Positions 1 through 11,499 are shown, counted from the first letter of the whole stretch. The stretch is DNA of 63,798 nucleotides, filler included, from Lama guanicoe (GCA_013239625.1; 77 parts of 75 records of this genome joined end to end with filler, not necessarily neighbours in it), one strand, 5' to 3'. A program made the numbers and translations. Notes: generated from the sequence alone by a model not told the origin.

Positions 1-790
1 GCAACCTGTTCCTTTTGTGCTAGATGAACGAACGTCTCTCCACATGCTAGGTTTTGTGTGTTAAGTGTGTGTGAAAGCGGTCCTTCAACTAGCTTGTTGG
101 GAACACAAAGTTTCTCTTCAATTGCAGACTTCACTCCATACATATGTATGGGGAAGTACAAGCTCCAACTCCGTTTTACGGTGANNNNNNNNNNNNNNNN
201 NNNNNNNNNNNNNNNNNNNNNNNNNNNNNNNNNNNNNNNNNNNNNNNNNNNNNNNNNNNNNNNNNNNNNNNNNNNNNNNNNNNNNNNNNNNNNNNNNNNN
301 NNNNNNNNNNNNNNNNNNNNNNNNNNNNNNNTTGGGAACACAAAGTTTCTCTTCAGTTGCAGACTCCACTCCATACATATATAAAGGGATGTACAAGCTC
401 CAACTCGGGTTTAGTGTGAAAACTGCAGGAACTTCAAACCGGCACTAGGAAACAGACTGAGAAACCAGAGAAAGTGTTTTCACTGCAAACTCTTCCCTTT
501 GTGCTAGATGAACGAAAGTCTCTCCACATGCTCAGTTTTGAGAGTTAAGCGTGTTTGAAAGCCGTCCTTCACCTAGCTTGTTGGGAACACAAAGTTTCTC
601 TTCAGTTGCAGATTCCACTCCATACATATATATGGGGAGGTACAAGCTCCAACTCGGGTTTACAGTGAAAACTGCAGGAACTTCAAACCGGCACTAGGAA
701 ACAGACTGAGAAACCAGAGAAAGTGTTTTCACTGCAAACTCTTCCCTTTGTGCTAGATGAACGAAAGTCTCTCCACATGCTCAGTTTTGA
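1..790 (+). repeat. Satellite family A, ~249-bp monomer tandem array
   Basis: TTGGGAACACAAAGTTTC at 332 and 581; AACTGCAGGAACTTC at 421 and 670 (period 249). Confidence 0.93.
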
Positions 791-890
791 NNNNNNNNNN
801 NNNNNNNNNNNNNNNNNNNNNNNNNNNNNNNNNNTTAATTAATTAANNNNNNNNNNNNNNNNNNNNNNNNNNNNNNNNNNNNNNNNNNNN
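791..890. other. Artificial contig-joining spacer (N44-TTAATTAATTAA-N44); first of about 76 copies, last linker at 63061-63072
   Basis: Exactly 100 bp. The palindromic 12-mer places TAA in all three frames on both strands. It recurs identically every ~0.5-1.5 kb between unrelated sequences. Confidence 0.98.
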
Positions 891-1626
891 TAGACTTCTA
901 GGGCTTTGTTAATTGAAAAATTTAGACTCTTGGCTCTACGGAATTCCATGGGATTTCTGTGAGGACAACTTCTCCTAGACATTGATGCCATATTCTNNNN
1001 NNNNNNNNNNNNNNNNNNNNNNNNNNNNNNNNNNNNNNNNNNNNNNNNNNNNNNNNNNNNNNNNNNNNNNNNNNNNNNNNNNNNNNNNNNNNNNNNNNNN
1101 NNNNNNNNNNNNNNNNNNNNNNNNNNNNNNNNNNNNNNNNNNNNNNNNNNNNNNNNNNNNNNNNNNNNNNNNNNNNNCTATGTCATTTTGGAGTGTTTAA
1201 AAAAAAGCAAACTGAGAGTGCGCTTGTGCTTTGTAGTTCCACGGGTATATCCCAATGAAAGCAGTTCTTCCCAGAGCTTCTCTGTCTACTGAAACACCAG
1301 TGGAAGCTCATCCATGGATGTCACACATCAGGCCCTCCTGGAATGATCCTGCAGACCTACCTTGGTGTCCTCGGTGCCGTACCGTGCCGGTGCCATCCAA
1401 AATGTAGCATCCGCTTTTGGGAGATAGTGCTGAAGGGAATGCTTCCTCTTCTCACGCTGTGGACTTGGACCACTCTTCCTTGTCCTCTCATCCTTGTGGC
1501 ACGGGTGCACGAAGGCAACCACAGAGCTGTTGCGCATCCTGTGCCTCAAACCAAACCGTAATCCCTGCCCAGGTTAGGAATGCAGCAGATCCTAAGGCTT
1601 TTCATTCTGATTTCAAACCCAAGGCC
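891..1626. repeat. Recurrent repeat segment D, copy 1
   Basis: 891-995 and 1178-1204 align to 44274-44585. 891-906 is identical to 39956-39971. Confidence 0.85.
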
Positions 1627-1726
1627 NNNNNNNNNNNNNNNNNNNNNNNNNNNNNNNNNNNNNNNNNNNNTTAATTAATTAANNNNNNNNNNNNNNNNNN
1701 NNNNNNNNNNNNNNNNNNNNNNNNNN

Positions 1727-2157
1727 TTTAGAATATGGAAAACAGAATATAGAACTCAGAATTTAGAACATGGAACGCAGAACACAGAATTTAGAAAATA
1801 GAATACACATTACTGAATATAGAATTTAGAATATAGAATGTAGAACACAGAATTTAGAATATAGAGTATTGAACATTGAATATACAATTTAGAATATAGA
1901 ATGTAGAACACAGAATTTAGAAGACAGAACACAGAATGCTGAATATAGTATTTAGAATATCGAATCTTGAACACAGAATATAGAAAATAGAATAGAGAAT
2001 ATAGAAACCAGAATTTAGAACATGGAATAATGGAATTTAGAACACAGAATTTAGAATATAGAATACAGAATACGGAGTATCGAACATAGAATATAGAATT
2101 CAGAAGTTAGAATATAGAATATAGGATACGGAATGTAAATTATAGAATAAACAATAT
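1727..2157 (+). repeat. AT-rich heptamer satellite C, (AGAATAT)n degenerate
   Basis: Continuous AGAATAT/AGAACAC/AGAATTT variants. Confidence 0.95.
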
Positions 2158-2367
2158 NNNNNNNNNNNNNNNNNNNNNNNNNNNNNNNNNNNNNNNNNNN
2201 NTTAATTAATTAANNNNNNNNNNNNNNNNNNNNNNNNNNNNNNNNNNNNNNNNNNNNCTCCCTTGTTAAGGATGTTCCTCCATTGTCTCCTGTTGGACAG
2301 TTTCTCAAAAGCAGTTTGCTCTCATTCTGTCTTTACTGTTTTTAGTGTCTTTTTTTTCTCTGACATT

Positions 2368-2849
2368 TAAATTCATTTTTTGATTTATAATCATTTTACA
2401 ATGTTGTGTAAAATTCCAGTGTATAGCACACTTTTTCAGTTATACATGAACATATATATTCATTGTCACATTTTTTTCCTCTGTGAGCTAACATAAGAGC
2501 TTGTATATATTTCCCTGTGCTACACAGGGTAATCTTGTTTAACTATTCTATAATTCTGAAATCCCTGTCTATGTCTTCCAACACCCTGCCTACTTGGCAA
2601 CCACAAGTTTGTATTCTATGTCTGTGAGTCTGTTTCTGTTTTGTATTTATGCATTTTTTTTTAGATTCCACATATGATTGATGTCATATAGTATTTTTCT
2701 TTCTTTTTTTGGCTTACTTCACTTAGAATGATGATGTGGTATATTTATACAATGGAATACTACTCAACCATTAAAACTGGCAACATAATGCCATTTGCAG
2801 CAATGAGGATGCTCCTGGAGAAAGTCGTTCTAAATAAATTCACTTTTTT
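2368..2849 (-). mobile_element. 5'-truncated LINE-1 3' end with 5' inversion and candidate TSD
   Basis: Antisense L1 3'UTR at ~2376-2732, then a sense piece ATGTGGTATATTTATACAATGGAATACTACTC...GTCGTTCTAA (~2733-2833). TAAATTCA(T/C)TTTTT flanks both sides. Confidence 0.78.
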
Positions 2850-3272
2850 ATCACTAAATATGATGTGATGTATCATTGTGTGGTTTTCTTTGTATTTATT
2901 CTATTTAAGGTTTGTCAATGTTTCTTGGATCTGTGGGAGTATGATTTTTATGAACCTTAAAAAAAATTAGCCATTATTTGAAAACTCCTGATTTTGACCC
3001 TCAAGACATACCTGTTAGAAAACTGAATGTTTTCTGACCGGTCACTTATAATTTGTCTATTTGTATTTCAGTCTCTTTCTGCTTAAGTTTGGATTGTTTC
3101 TATTGTTGATTCTTAGTTTCCTGATTTTCTGCAATGTCTAATCTGCTATAATCCCAGCAGTGTGTTTTTTTTNNNNNNNNNNNNNNNNNNNNNNNNNNNN
3201 NNNNNNNNNNNNNNNNTTAATTAATTAANNNNNNNNNNNNNNNNNNNNNNNNNNNNNNNNNNNNNNNNNNNN

Positions 3273-3981
3273 AAAAGCCAAAAAAGCAGTTGTTGCAGTT
3301 CTGACTTCAGACAAAATAGTCCTTAAACAAAGGCCATAAAGATAAAGAAGGACATTTTACAATGATTGAAGGAGTGATAAAAGTTAAGGATAGCACAATT
3401 GTTAATACATATGCACCAAATAGAGGACTACCTAAGTACATGAAATAATTAGTAACAAATATAAAGGGGGATAGTAATGGGAATCTAATCATAGTTGGAG
3501 AGTTCAAAACTGCATTAACATCACAGGAGAGATCATTGAGATAGAAAATAAATTAGGCAACAGAGAAGTTAAATAATACAAGNNNNNNNNNNNNNNNNNN
3601 NNNNNNNNNNNNNNNNNNNNNNNNNNNNNNNNNNNNNNNNNNNNNNNNNNNNNNNNNNNNNNNNNNNNNNNNNNNNNNNNNNNNNNNNNNNNNNNNNNNN
3701 NNNNNNNNNNNNNNNNNNNNNNNNNNNNNNNNNNNNNNNNNNNNNNNNNNNNNNNNNNNNNNNNNNNNNNNNNNNNNNNNNNNNNNNNNNNNNNNNNNNN
3801 NNNNNNNNNNNNATGGGGATTAAATATGTTATTAAAAAACCTATGGGTCAAAGAAGAAATCAAAGTTGAAATGAAAAATTACCTTGAGACAAAAGAAAAT
3901 GAAAGTAAAACCACACAAAATTTATGGGACAGAGCAAGGGCTGTGTTGAGAGGGGAGTTTATAGTGGTACAGGCCTTCCTC
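3273..3981 (+). mobile_element. LINE-1 ORF2 fragment (endonuclease domain and downstream), degenerate
   Basis: Motifs KAxVAxLxSDK, DKEGHFTMI, NTYAPN and IIVGEF, then WVKEEIKVEMKNYLE..QNLWD.A.AVLRG. Confidence 0.92.
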
Positions 3982-4081
3982 NNNNNNNNNNNNNNNNNNN
4001 NNNNNNNNNNNNNNNNNNNNNNNNNTTAATTAATTAANNNNNNNNNNNNNNNNNNNNNNNNNNNNNNNNNNNNNNNNNNNN

Positions 4082-4515
4082 CCCTGAATAGAAATGCAGC
4101 AAGAAGAAATGGAAAGAAGAAACCATTATTTTAAATGCAAGAAGAGCATGAGTGGCAAAGAAGCAATAAGAAGAAGGCAAGTAGGACATCAAAACCCTAA
4201 ATATGGGAGAGGTAAGCAGGAAATCATAGGTGATTGGAAGCACTCTCTTGAGTTAATCAGCTTATTTGACTCTCTGTTTGAAGAGAAAGGGGAGATGCAT
4301 GGCCTGACTTGACCTGACTTGTTTGCGAAAAAAGCTAGAAGCCGACCAACAAAGAATCAAACCTAAAAACAAGCACCAAAATGGTACGGTTGGCTGACAT
4401 TTACCACGGGAAACATGACTATTCAAAAGGAAATTCTTAAGGTGATGTCAAGGATCATTCAGCATACATCGACCCAGTATCGGGGCTTGCATGTACTCAG
4501 CACACTTGTATTCGG
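4082..4515 (+). repeat. Recurrent repeat segment E, copy 1
   Basis: AAGGTGATGTCAAGGATCATTCAG...CATCGACCCAGTATCG is shared with 34685-34842. GGCTTGCATGTACTCAGCACAC is shared with 52768. Confidence 0.85.
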
Positions 4516-5366
4516 NNNNNNNNNNNNNNNNNNNNNNNNNNNNNNNNNNNNNNNNNNNNTTAATTAATTAANNNNNNNNNNNNNNNNNNNNNNNNNNNNN
4601 NNNNNNNNNNNNNNNACATTGACCCGAGTCCCTGGTATTTTCCTATGAGCACTCATAGAAACAGAACAGGGCCTGGCAGTGGCTGCGGGCCAGGTTCCTC
4701 GGTGAGGGGACTTGCTGGGCCCTTCAGGTTCTGTAGTCTGGCCCGAGATTAGCTCCCAGAATGGCGTCTTCCCATCTGCATGATTTTGGGCCAGGCTTCA
4801 ACAGTTCAGAGCTTCATTTTATCACCTGCAGACAGAATAATTCCCTGCTGCATATTTTAAGATTGTTATGTACCACAAAGGGAATTCAGTGAGTCAATGC
4901 ATGGAAGTCACACAACCTGGTCCTCAGGGAATGTTAGTTAACATCATTATGCACCATCGATAAAATTGGCTGCACAGACTTGGCCAGGAATCAAAGCTAC
5001 AGGAACAAGAATTTGACAATGTGTCACTGTCTGGATCATAGTCACTATTTTACGCAGTAAAACAAGCTACCTGGGACCACCCATCTGTCAGCCCACACGA
5101 CTCCCCACCTCAAGAACCCTCAATTTATCTGATTTGCTTGCTACCCCTACTTGTTGGAGAAAGTTGGCAAATCACACACAGTCACTGCCTGCTAGCTTAT
5201 GTCCTTTCTCATTCACTCAAATTGCCCCATTTTCAGTACCCACTGTGCTGCAAAACATAGACTAATNNNNNNNNNNNNNNNNNNNNNNNNNNNNNNNNNN
5301 NNNNNNNNNNTTAATTAATTAANNNNNNNNNNNNNNNNNNNNNNNNNNNNNNNNNNNNNNNNNNNN

Positions 5367-6477
5367 GAATGCTAGGGGGGTTTGCAGGCAATCCCAGTGA
5401 CAGAGGATGCTTCCCTAGAGTCAGGGAAGGTATTTCTCGGACTTCCCAGTTCAGGGAACACCTGTGACTGAAGAGAGCTTCGTGGAGTTGTCTCTCGAGC
5501 TCCCCCACGCACTGACAGTTGTTCCGGAATCCTGAGCGTGGGGAGGTTCCACCAACGGTCGGCAGCGCGTGGGTTCTAACGGAATGCCTAAGCTCGACTC
5601 CCCTGGGTTTTTTCCTAATGTCTCTGTGCCAGGGAATGCTAGGGGAGATTGCAGGCAATCCCAGTGAAAGAGGTTGCCTCCCCAATGTCAGGGAAGATAT
5701 TTCTCAGCATTCCCCCTAACAGGGAACACCTCTGACTGAAGAGAGCTGCGTGGAGTTGTCTGTCGAGCTCCCCACGCACTGACAATGGTTCCGGAATCCT
5801 GGGCGTGGGGAGGTTCCCCCAACGGTCGGCCAGGGGTGGGTTCTAACGGAATGCCTAAGNNNNNNNNNNNNNNNNNNNNNNNNNNNNNNNNNNNNNNNNN
5901 NNNNNNNNNNNNNNNNNNNNNNNNNNNNNNNNNNNNNNNNNNNNNNNNNNNNNNNNNNNNNNNNNNNNNNNNNNNCCGAACAGGGAACACCTGTGACTGA
6001 AGAGAGCTGCGTGGAGTTGTCTCTCGAGATCCCCACGCACTGACTATGATTCCGGAATCCTTAGCGTCGGGAGGTTCCATCAAAGGTCGGCAAATCATGG
6101 GTTGTAACGGAATGCCTAAGCTCGACTCCCCTGGGTTTTTTCCTAATGTCTCTGTGCCAGGGAATGCTAGGGTTGTTTGCAGGCAATCTCAGTGACAGAG
6201 GCTGCCTGCCCAAGGTCAGGGAAGGTATTTCTAAGAATTCCCCCTAACAGGGAACACCTGTGACTGAAGAGAGCTGCGTGGAGTTGTCTCTAGGGTTCCC
6301 CCACGCACTGACAATGGTTCCGGAACCCTGAGCGTGGGGAGGTTCCACCAACTGTCGGCAGCGCGTGGGTTCCAACGGAATGCATGAGCTGCTCTCCCCT
6401 GAGTGTTTTCCTAATGTTTCTGTGCCAAGGAATGCTAGGTGGGTTTGCAGGAAACCCCAGTGACAGAGGCTGCCACC
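5367..6477 (+). repeat. Satellite family B, ~267-bp GC/CpG-rich monomer
   Basis: GGGAACACCT(G/C)TGACTGAAGAGAGCT recurs at ~5454, ~5722, ~5982 and ~6250. Confidence 0.95.
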
Positions 6478-6984
6478 NNNNNNNNNNNNNNNNNNNNNNN
6501 NNNNNNNNNNNNNNNNNNNNNTTAATTAATTAANNNNNNNNNNNNNNNNNNNNNNNNNNNNNNNNNNNNNNNNNNNNAATATCTCTCAGTTATACTGAAG
6601 AATGATGAGGACTTTCTGGATAGTTCGTAGTAATCTTGCCCACTCTTTAAAACATGCCTTTAAATTGTGTGATTCTTACATCCATGTGACAATGAAATTA
6701 GTTTGGCTTTTCAGAGGTTTAATACATTATCTAAATTATGTCCTACTGAGTGGCTTACCCAGGAACAGGCTGCAGTGTGTCAGCCCAGAGGCGGGATGCT
6801 CTGCTTCTTGCCACACTTTTATCAGCATTTATCACAGAAAGAAAGTAATATATGAAGAAAGATAGCATAGCCTCAGAATAGGGACAAGGCTCTTAGAGGT
6901 TGTCTGTTCTGCTCCACCTCGTACATTTATTATTAGGAATCTGAAAGTGAAACTTTGTTGCTCAAAGTCAAGCAGATTTTTCTT

Positions 6985-7408
6985 TCATCTTTTTAAAAAT
7001 TAAAGTATAGTTGTTTTACAATGTTTTATTAATTTCAGGTGTATAGCGAAGTGATTCAGTTATACATACATACATATGTGTGTATATATGTATATATACA
7101 CATATAATTTCTTTTCAGATTCTTTTCCATTTTAAGTTTTTTAAGTTATTAAAGATATTGAATATAGTTGCCTGTGCTATTCAGATCGTTTTTGTTCATC
7201 TATTTTATATGTAGTGGTGTTTATCTTTTACTCTCAAACTCCTAATATATCCCTCACCAGNNNNNNNNNNNNNNNNNNNNNNNNNNNNNNNNNNNNNNNT
7301 GTGTCTGTTTTTGTCAATAAATTATATCTCTCTGTTTTTTTTTGGATTACACATGTAAGTGATATCACATGATATTTGTCTTTTTCTGTCTGACTTCTAC
7401 TTCATTCT
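6985..7408 (-). mobile_element. LINE-1 3'UTR/tail (antisense)
   Basis: TTAAAGTATAGTTG...CAGGTGTATAGC...GATTCAGTTATACAT...GATTACACATGTAAGTGATATCAC, typical of an antisense laurasiatherian L1 3' end. Confidence 0.8.
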
Positions 7409-7716
7409 NNNNNNNNNNNNNNNNNNNNNNNNNNNNNNNNNNNNNNNNNNNNTTAATTAATTAANNNNNNNNNNNNNNNNNNNNNNNNNNNNNNNNNNNN
7501 NNNNNNNNTCCTTGGAAGTCAATCAGTCTCCTTCACCCACCTCTGCCTTCTCAGTCACTCATAACCCACCTGCTTTCCATCTCCCGAAACACTATTAAAT
7601 GTTTCTCACGTGCTGATATCTCCGCTTTTATTCTTTGCTCTCGTGAATTTGGATCTTTTGTCTTAACTATAGTGTTAGCTGGATCTTAGGAGAGAAGGTC
7701 AACACGGGTAACTTAC

Positions 7717-7725
7717 CGTCGTTAA
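7717..7725 (-). CDS. Candidate 9-nt microexon (TTAACGACG)
   Basis: Minus strand reads gttttcattttttaattccag|TTAACGACG|gtaagt. A ccttaac branch-like motif lies ~50 nt upstream. Confidence 0.4.
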
Positions 7726-8277
7726 CTGGAATTAAAAAATGAAAACATCTGTCGAACACTGGTTCTGCTAAGTCGCTGTTAAGGAAAGGCTCATGGTGCC
7801 ATGTCAGCGTGGCACGTCAGAGGGCTGTTCTAATTCCGGGCTTGGAGACTTAGTGACATGTATAACGTGTCAGGAAATAATGTTTATAAGAGAGAGTTTA
7901 AATAACTAAAGTGTTGTTTAGGTTATGAAAAAACATTATGCAGTATTTTGCTGGGGTCTATTTTAGTTTGAAATAAATTAAGAACAAAATTTGCTAAGTG
8001 AAAATGTTAAAAAAAAATACATACATACTTTTTTGTGTTTTGAATGTACAAGTGGAAGCTTACCACCAATTCTACATGCACATAGACTTATTTATTTTTG
8101 TCTGAGATGGTTCTGCATATAAATTTAGTAGAAGAATGATTAAGAAATCTATCCAACTGTGCATGAAAGTTGTTGAAATCACAGATACAGACACTGAAGG
8201 GACTTGCGGGGACTGAAACGAGTCCTCTTGCTTATTTTTATTTTTTTAACTCTCCGTTTGGCTTTATTCTAACTTCT

Positions 8278-8301
8278 ACACACACACACACACACACACA
8301 C
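8278..8301. repeat. (CA)n microsatellite
   Basis: About 12 CA/AC units. Confidence 0.95.
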
Positions 8302-8577
8302 TAGTTGTGTAACAAACTAGTTGTGTAACAGGTTCTTTGAAAGTGAACACACCAGTGTCACTTCTCCTTCTGCCTTCTGTTTCTTTCTCACACTCAGCTG
8401 TCACCCTGATCGGCGGGATTGCTGGGAAAGGGGGGAAGTGTGTCCGGGGCTGAGAGGGAGGGTACCAGTGAACCATTNNNNNNNNNNNNNNNNNNNNNNN
8501 NNNNNNNNNNNNNNNNNNNNNTTAATTAATTAANNNNNNNNNNNNNNNNNNNNNNNNNNNNNNNNNNNNNNNNNNNN

Positions 8578-9041
8578 AAATTGTTATAAATGGCCTTTAG
8601 TATGTTGAGAGATGTTCCCATTGTACACATTTTCATGAGAGTTCTGATGATGAAAGTATATTGAATTTTGTCAAATGCTTTTTCTTTGTGTATAGACATG
8701 GTGTTTGAATTTTGTCCTTCCTTTATTAGATATGTGTCAAGCTGCTTGACTTCTGTATTTTGAACCTTCCTTGTAACTCTGGAAGGAGTCCAACTGATCA
8801 TCGTGTATAATCCTTTCTATGTATTGCTGGATTAATTTGTTGAAGTTCTTCGAGATTTTTGAATCTATATTCAACAAGGATATTGGATTTCATTTACATT
8901 TCTTTTTTTTTGGTAGTGTCTTTGACTGGTTTTGTTATAATGGTAATGGTGGCGTCATGGAATAACTTTGAGAATTTTCCTTCCTCCTTCATTTTTTTAA
9001 AATAGTTGGGGGTAAAGAGGTTTCAATATAGGAATCTAGTC
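8578..9041 (-). mobile_element. LINE-1 ORF2 RT-region fragment (antisense)
   Basis: Minus-strand peptide [13 protein letters not shown]...LNILKAIY. Confidence 0.9.
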
Positions 9042-9141
9042 NNNNNNNNNNNNNNNNNNNNNNNNNNNNNNNNNNNNNNNNNNNNTTAATTAATTAANNN
9101 NNNNNNNNNNNNNNNNNNNNNNNNNNNNNNNNNNNNNNNNN

Positions 9142-9894
9142 AGCTCTTCAGGAGCGGCAGGCTCTTCAGGAGCGGCTAGATCAGCATGAGTGGCAGCCTT
9201 TTCAGGAGCGGCAGGCTCAACAGGAGTGGCAACATCAGCAGGAGCAGCAGGCTCTTCAGGAGCAGCTAGATCAGCAGGAGTAGCATGCTGTTCAGGAGCG
9301 GCAGGCTCTTCAGGAGCGGCAAGATCAGCAGGAGCAGCAAGCTCTTCAGGAGCGGCAGGCTGTTCAGGAGCGGCTTGATCAGCATGAGAAGTGGCAACAT
9401 CAGCAGGAGCAGCAGGCTCTTCAGGAGCGGCAGGGTCTTCAGGAATGGCAAGATCAGCAGGCTCTTCAGGAGCGGCAGGGTCTTCAGGAATGGCAAGATC
9501 AGCAGGCTCTTCAGGAGCGGCAGGCTCTTCAAGATCAGCAGGCTCTTTAGGAGCGGCTTGATCAGCAGGAGCAGCAGGCTCTTCAGGAGCGGCAGGCTCT
9601 TCAGGAGCGGCTGGATCAGCATGAGTGGCAGGCTCTTCAGGAGCGGCTAGATCAGCAGGAGCAGCACGCTCTTCTGGAGCGGCAGGCTCTTCAGGAGCGG
9701 CAGGCTCAACAGGAGTGGCAACATCAGCAGGAGCTGCAGGCTCTTCAGTAGCGGCAAAATCAGCAGGCTTTTCAGGAGTGGCTAGGTCATTAGGAGCAGC
9801 AGGCTCTTCAAGAGCGGCAGGCTCTTGAGGAGTGGCTAGATCAGCAGGAGCAGCAGGCTCTTCAGGAGTGGCAGGCTCTTCAGCAGCGGCAAGA
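9142..9894. repeat. GC-rich minisatellite built from 9/18-bp units (GCAGGCTCTTCAGGAGCG; CAGCAGGAG)
   Basis: The whole fragment is shuffled 9-bp subunits, and all indels are multiples of 3. Confidence 0.95.
9144..9893 (-). CDS. Stop-free 250-codon frame encoding Pro/Ala/Glu repeats (EEPAAP, ADLAAP); possible internal part of a repetitive coding exon
   Basis: Manual translation LAAAEEPATPEEPAAPADLATPQEPAALEEPAAPNDLATP... has no stop and no start codon. The other five frames contain stops. Confidence 0.4.
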
Positions 9895-11499
9895 NNNNNN
9901 NNNNNNNNNNNNNNNNNNNNNNNNNNNNNNNNNNNNNNTTAATTAATTAANNNNNNNNNNNNNNNNNNNNNNNNNNNNNNNNNNNNNNNNNNNNGACAGG
10001 AGTGCAGAGGGGAGCCCCAGGCCTCTCACACTGGGAGTTGGATTGCTGATCATATTATCAGCCAAGCCCATACTGAGAATCTTGGTTTACTAAAGGGTGA
10101 AATAGGAAAAAAATAATTCCTCAAGGCAAGAAAGTAAGGAAAGTCAATTATGTTGGAAGAGGGAAAAAATAAGAAATCCAAATTAAGCATATAGATTAAA
10201 GCTGTTCTGGCATGAGAGTGACCCCAAACTCCTGGCAGAAAAGCAGAGCTACTCCTTGATTGAGAAGTTGTGTTATGAATAAATCAGTGAACAGCCATTC
10301 CGAAAAAGGCCTCCAGAGTCTAGTAGATCAAGATATTGGAACGCAAACACCTCTCTTCCAAGGTCTCATTTAAATAACCAGAAAGGTTTTAAAGGAAAGA
10401 AGCCATACTCATAGTTCTATTTATTGACATTACTATATGCTAGGAATTCAGAGGTGACTATGTAGTTGTCTCCTGTTTTATGGACTTTACTTTCTTTTTT
10501 GGGAGACAAAGTGACATAGTTGGGTATCTTGGTGGAGGGAGGTAATACTCTGTTGCAATTAGCCAGGAGAGGAGATTAGGAAAACAGTGAAGGGTGGGTG
10601 ATATTTTTAGCTGAGGACAGTCTTGTTCACTTGGCTTTTAATTGCAGGCTCAATGAGCTGTCACTGGAGGGAATAGATCTTACGGAGGATGGGCTTAGCT
10701 CAGGCCTCTTTGGAATGGACAAGTGAACCTGGAGAAAGACAGTCAAATCTGTGCAGACATTAAAATTCACTTGAACGTGCTCCATCCCTGAGCCAAAGAT
10801 AGGACAAATATGGAGCACTNNNNNNNNNNNNNNNNNNNNNNNGGGAACCGGGCAGTTGCCAAACTGAGACGTTGCTCTTTGGACGGTGTACCCACCAAGG
10901 GTATTGGCCTTTTATATGTTTCCATTTCTCTTTAATACATGTCTGTTGATGAGGATGTGGGCTGGGCANNNNNNNNNNNNNNNNNNNNNNNNNNNNNNNN
11001 NNNNNNNNNNNNTTAATTAATTAANNNNNNNNNNNNNNNNNNNNNNNNNNNNNNNNNNNNNNNNNNNNTGGTTGATTTACAATGCTGTGTTAATTTCTGG
11101 TGTACTCCTCAAGCCTTAGAGAGCAGTCTGGCAGTTGATATCGAGTCAAAAATATTCATATGTTTTAATCCACTAATTCAGCTTTGAAAAACTTTTAATC
11201 AGGAATTATTTCAAAATGGCAGGGAAAAGTCATTATAGATGCAAGTCACAGACATACTTTTATATATATATAAAATCTCAGCCAAAATATTCTTCCAACT
11301 CTTCACAAAGTAGAATAGTATGCAGCCATGAAAAAGTGTGTCCATGAAAATATTTTATGACATGTCAAAGTGTTATGCTTATGATAGATTTGAGAATAAA
11401 ATTAATATATAAAATGATTTGTAATATACTAACAATGCACCGTTCTGAAGAAATTATGTCTATAGGTCAAAGCATTACTCTTAATTTTTTATTCATTTT

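Noticed and set aside
5367..6477. CENP-B box in satellites A or B
   Set aside because: I found no TTCG-N4-A-N2-CGGG match by eye; the search was not exhaustive.
9143..9892. Plus-strand trichohyalin/golgin-like Q-E-R-L frame
   Set aside because: Four in-frame TAG stops; the minus-strand frame is the only fully open one.
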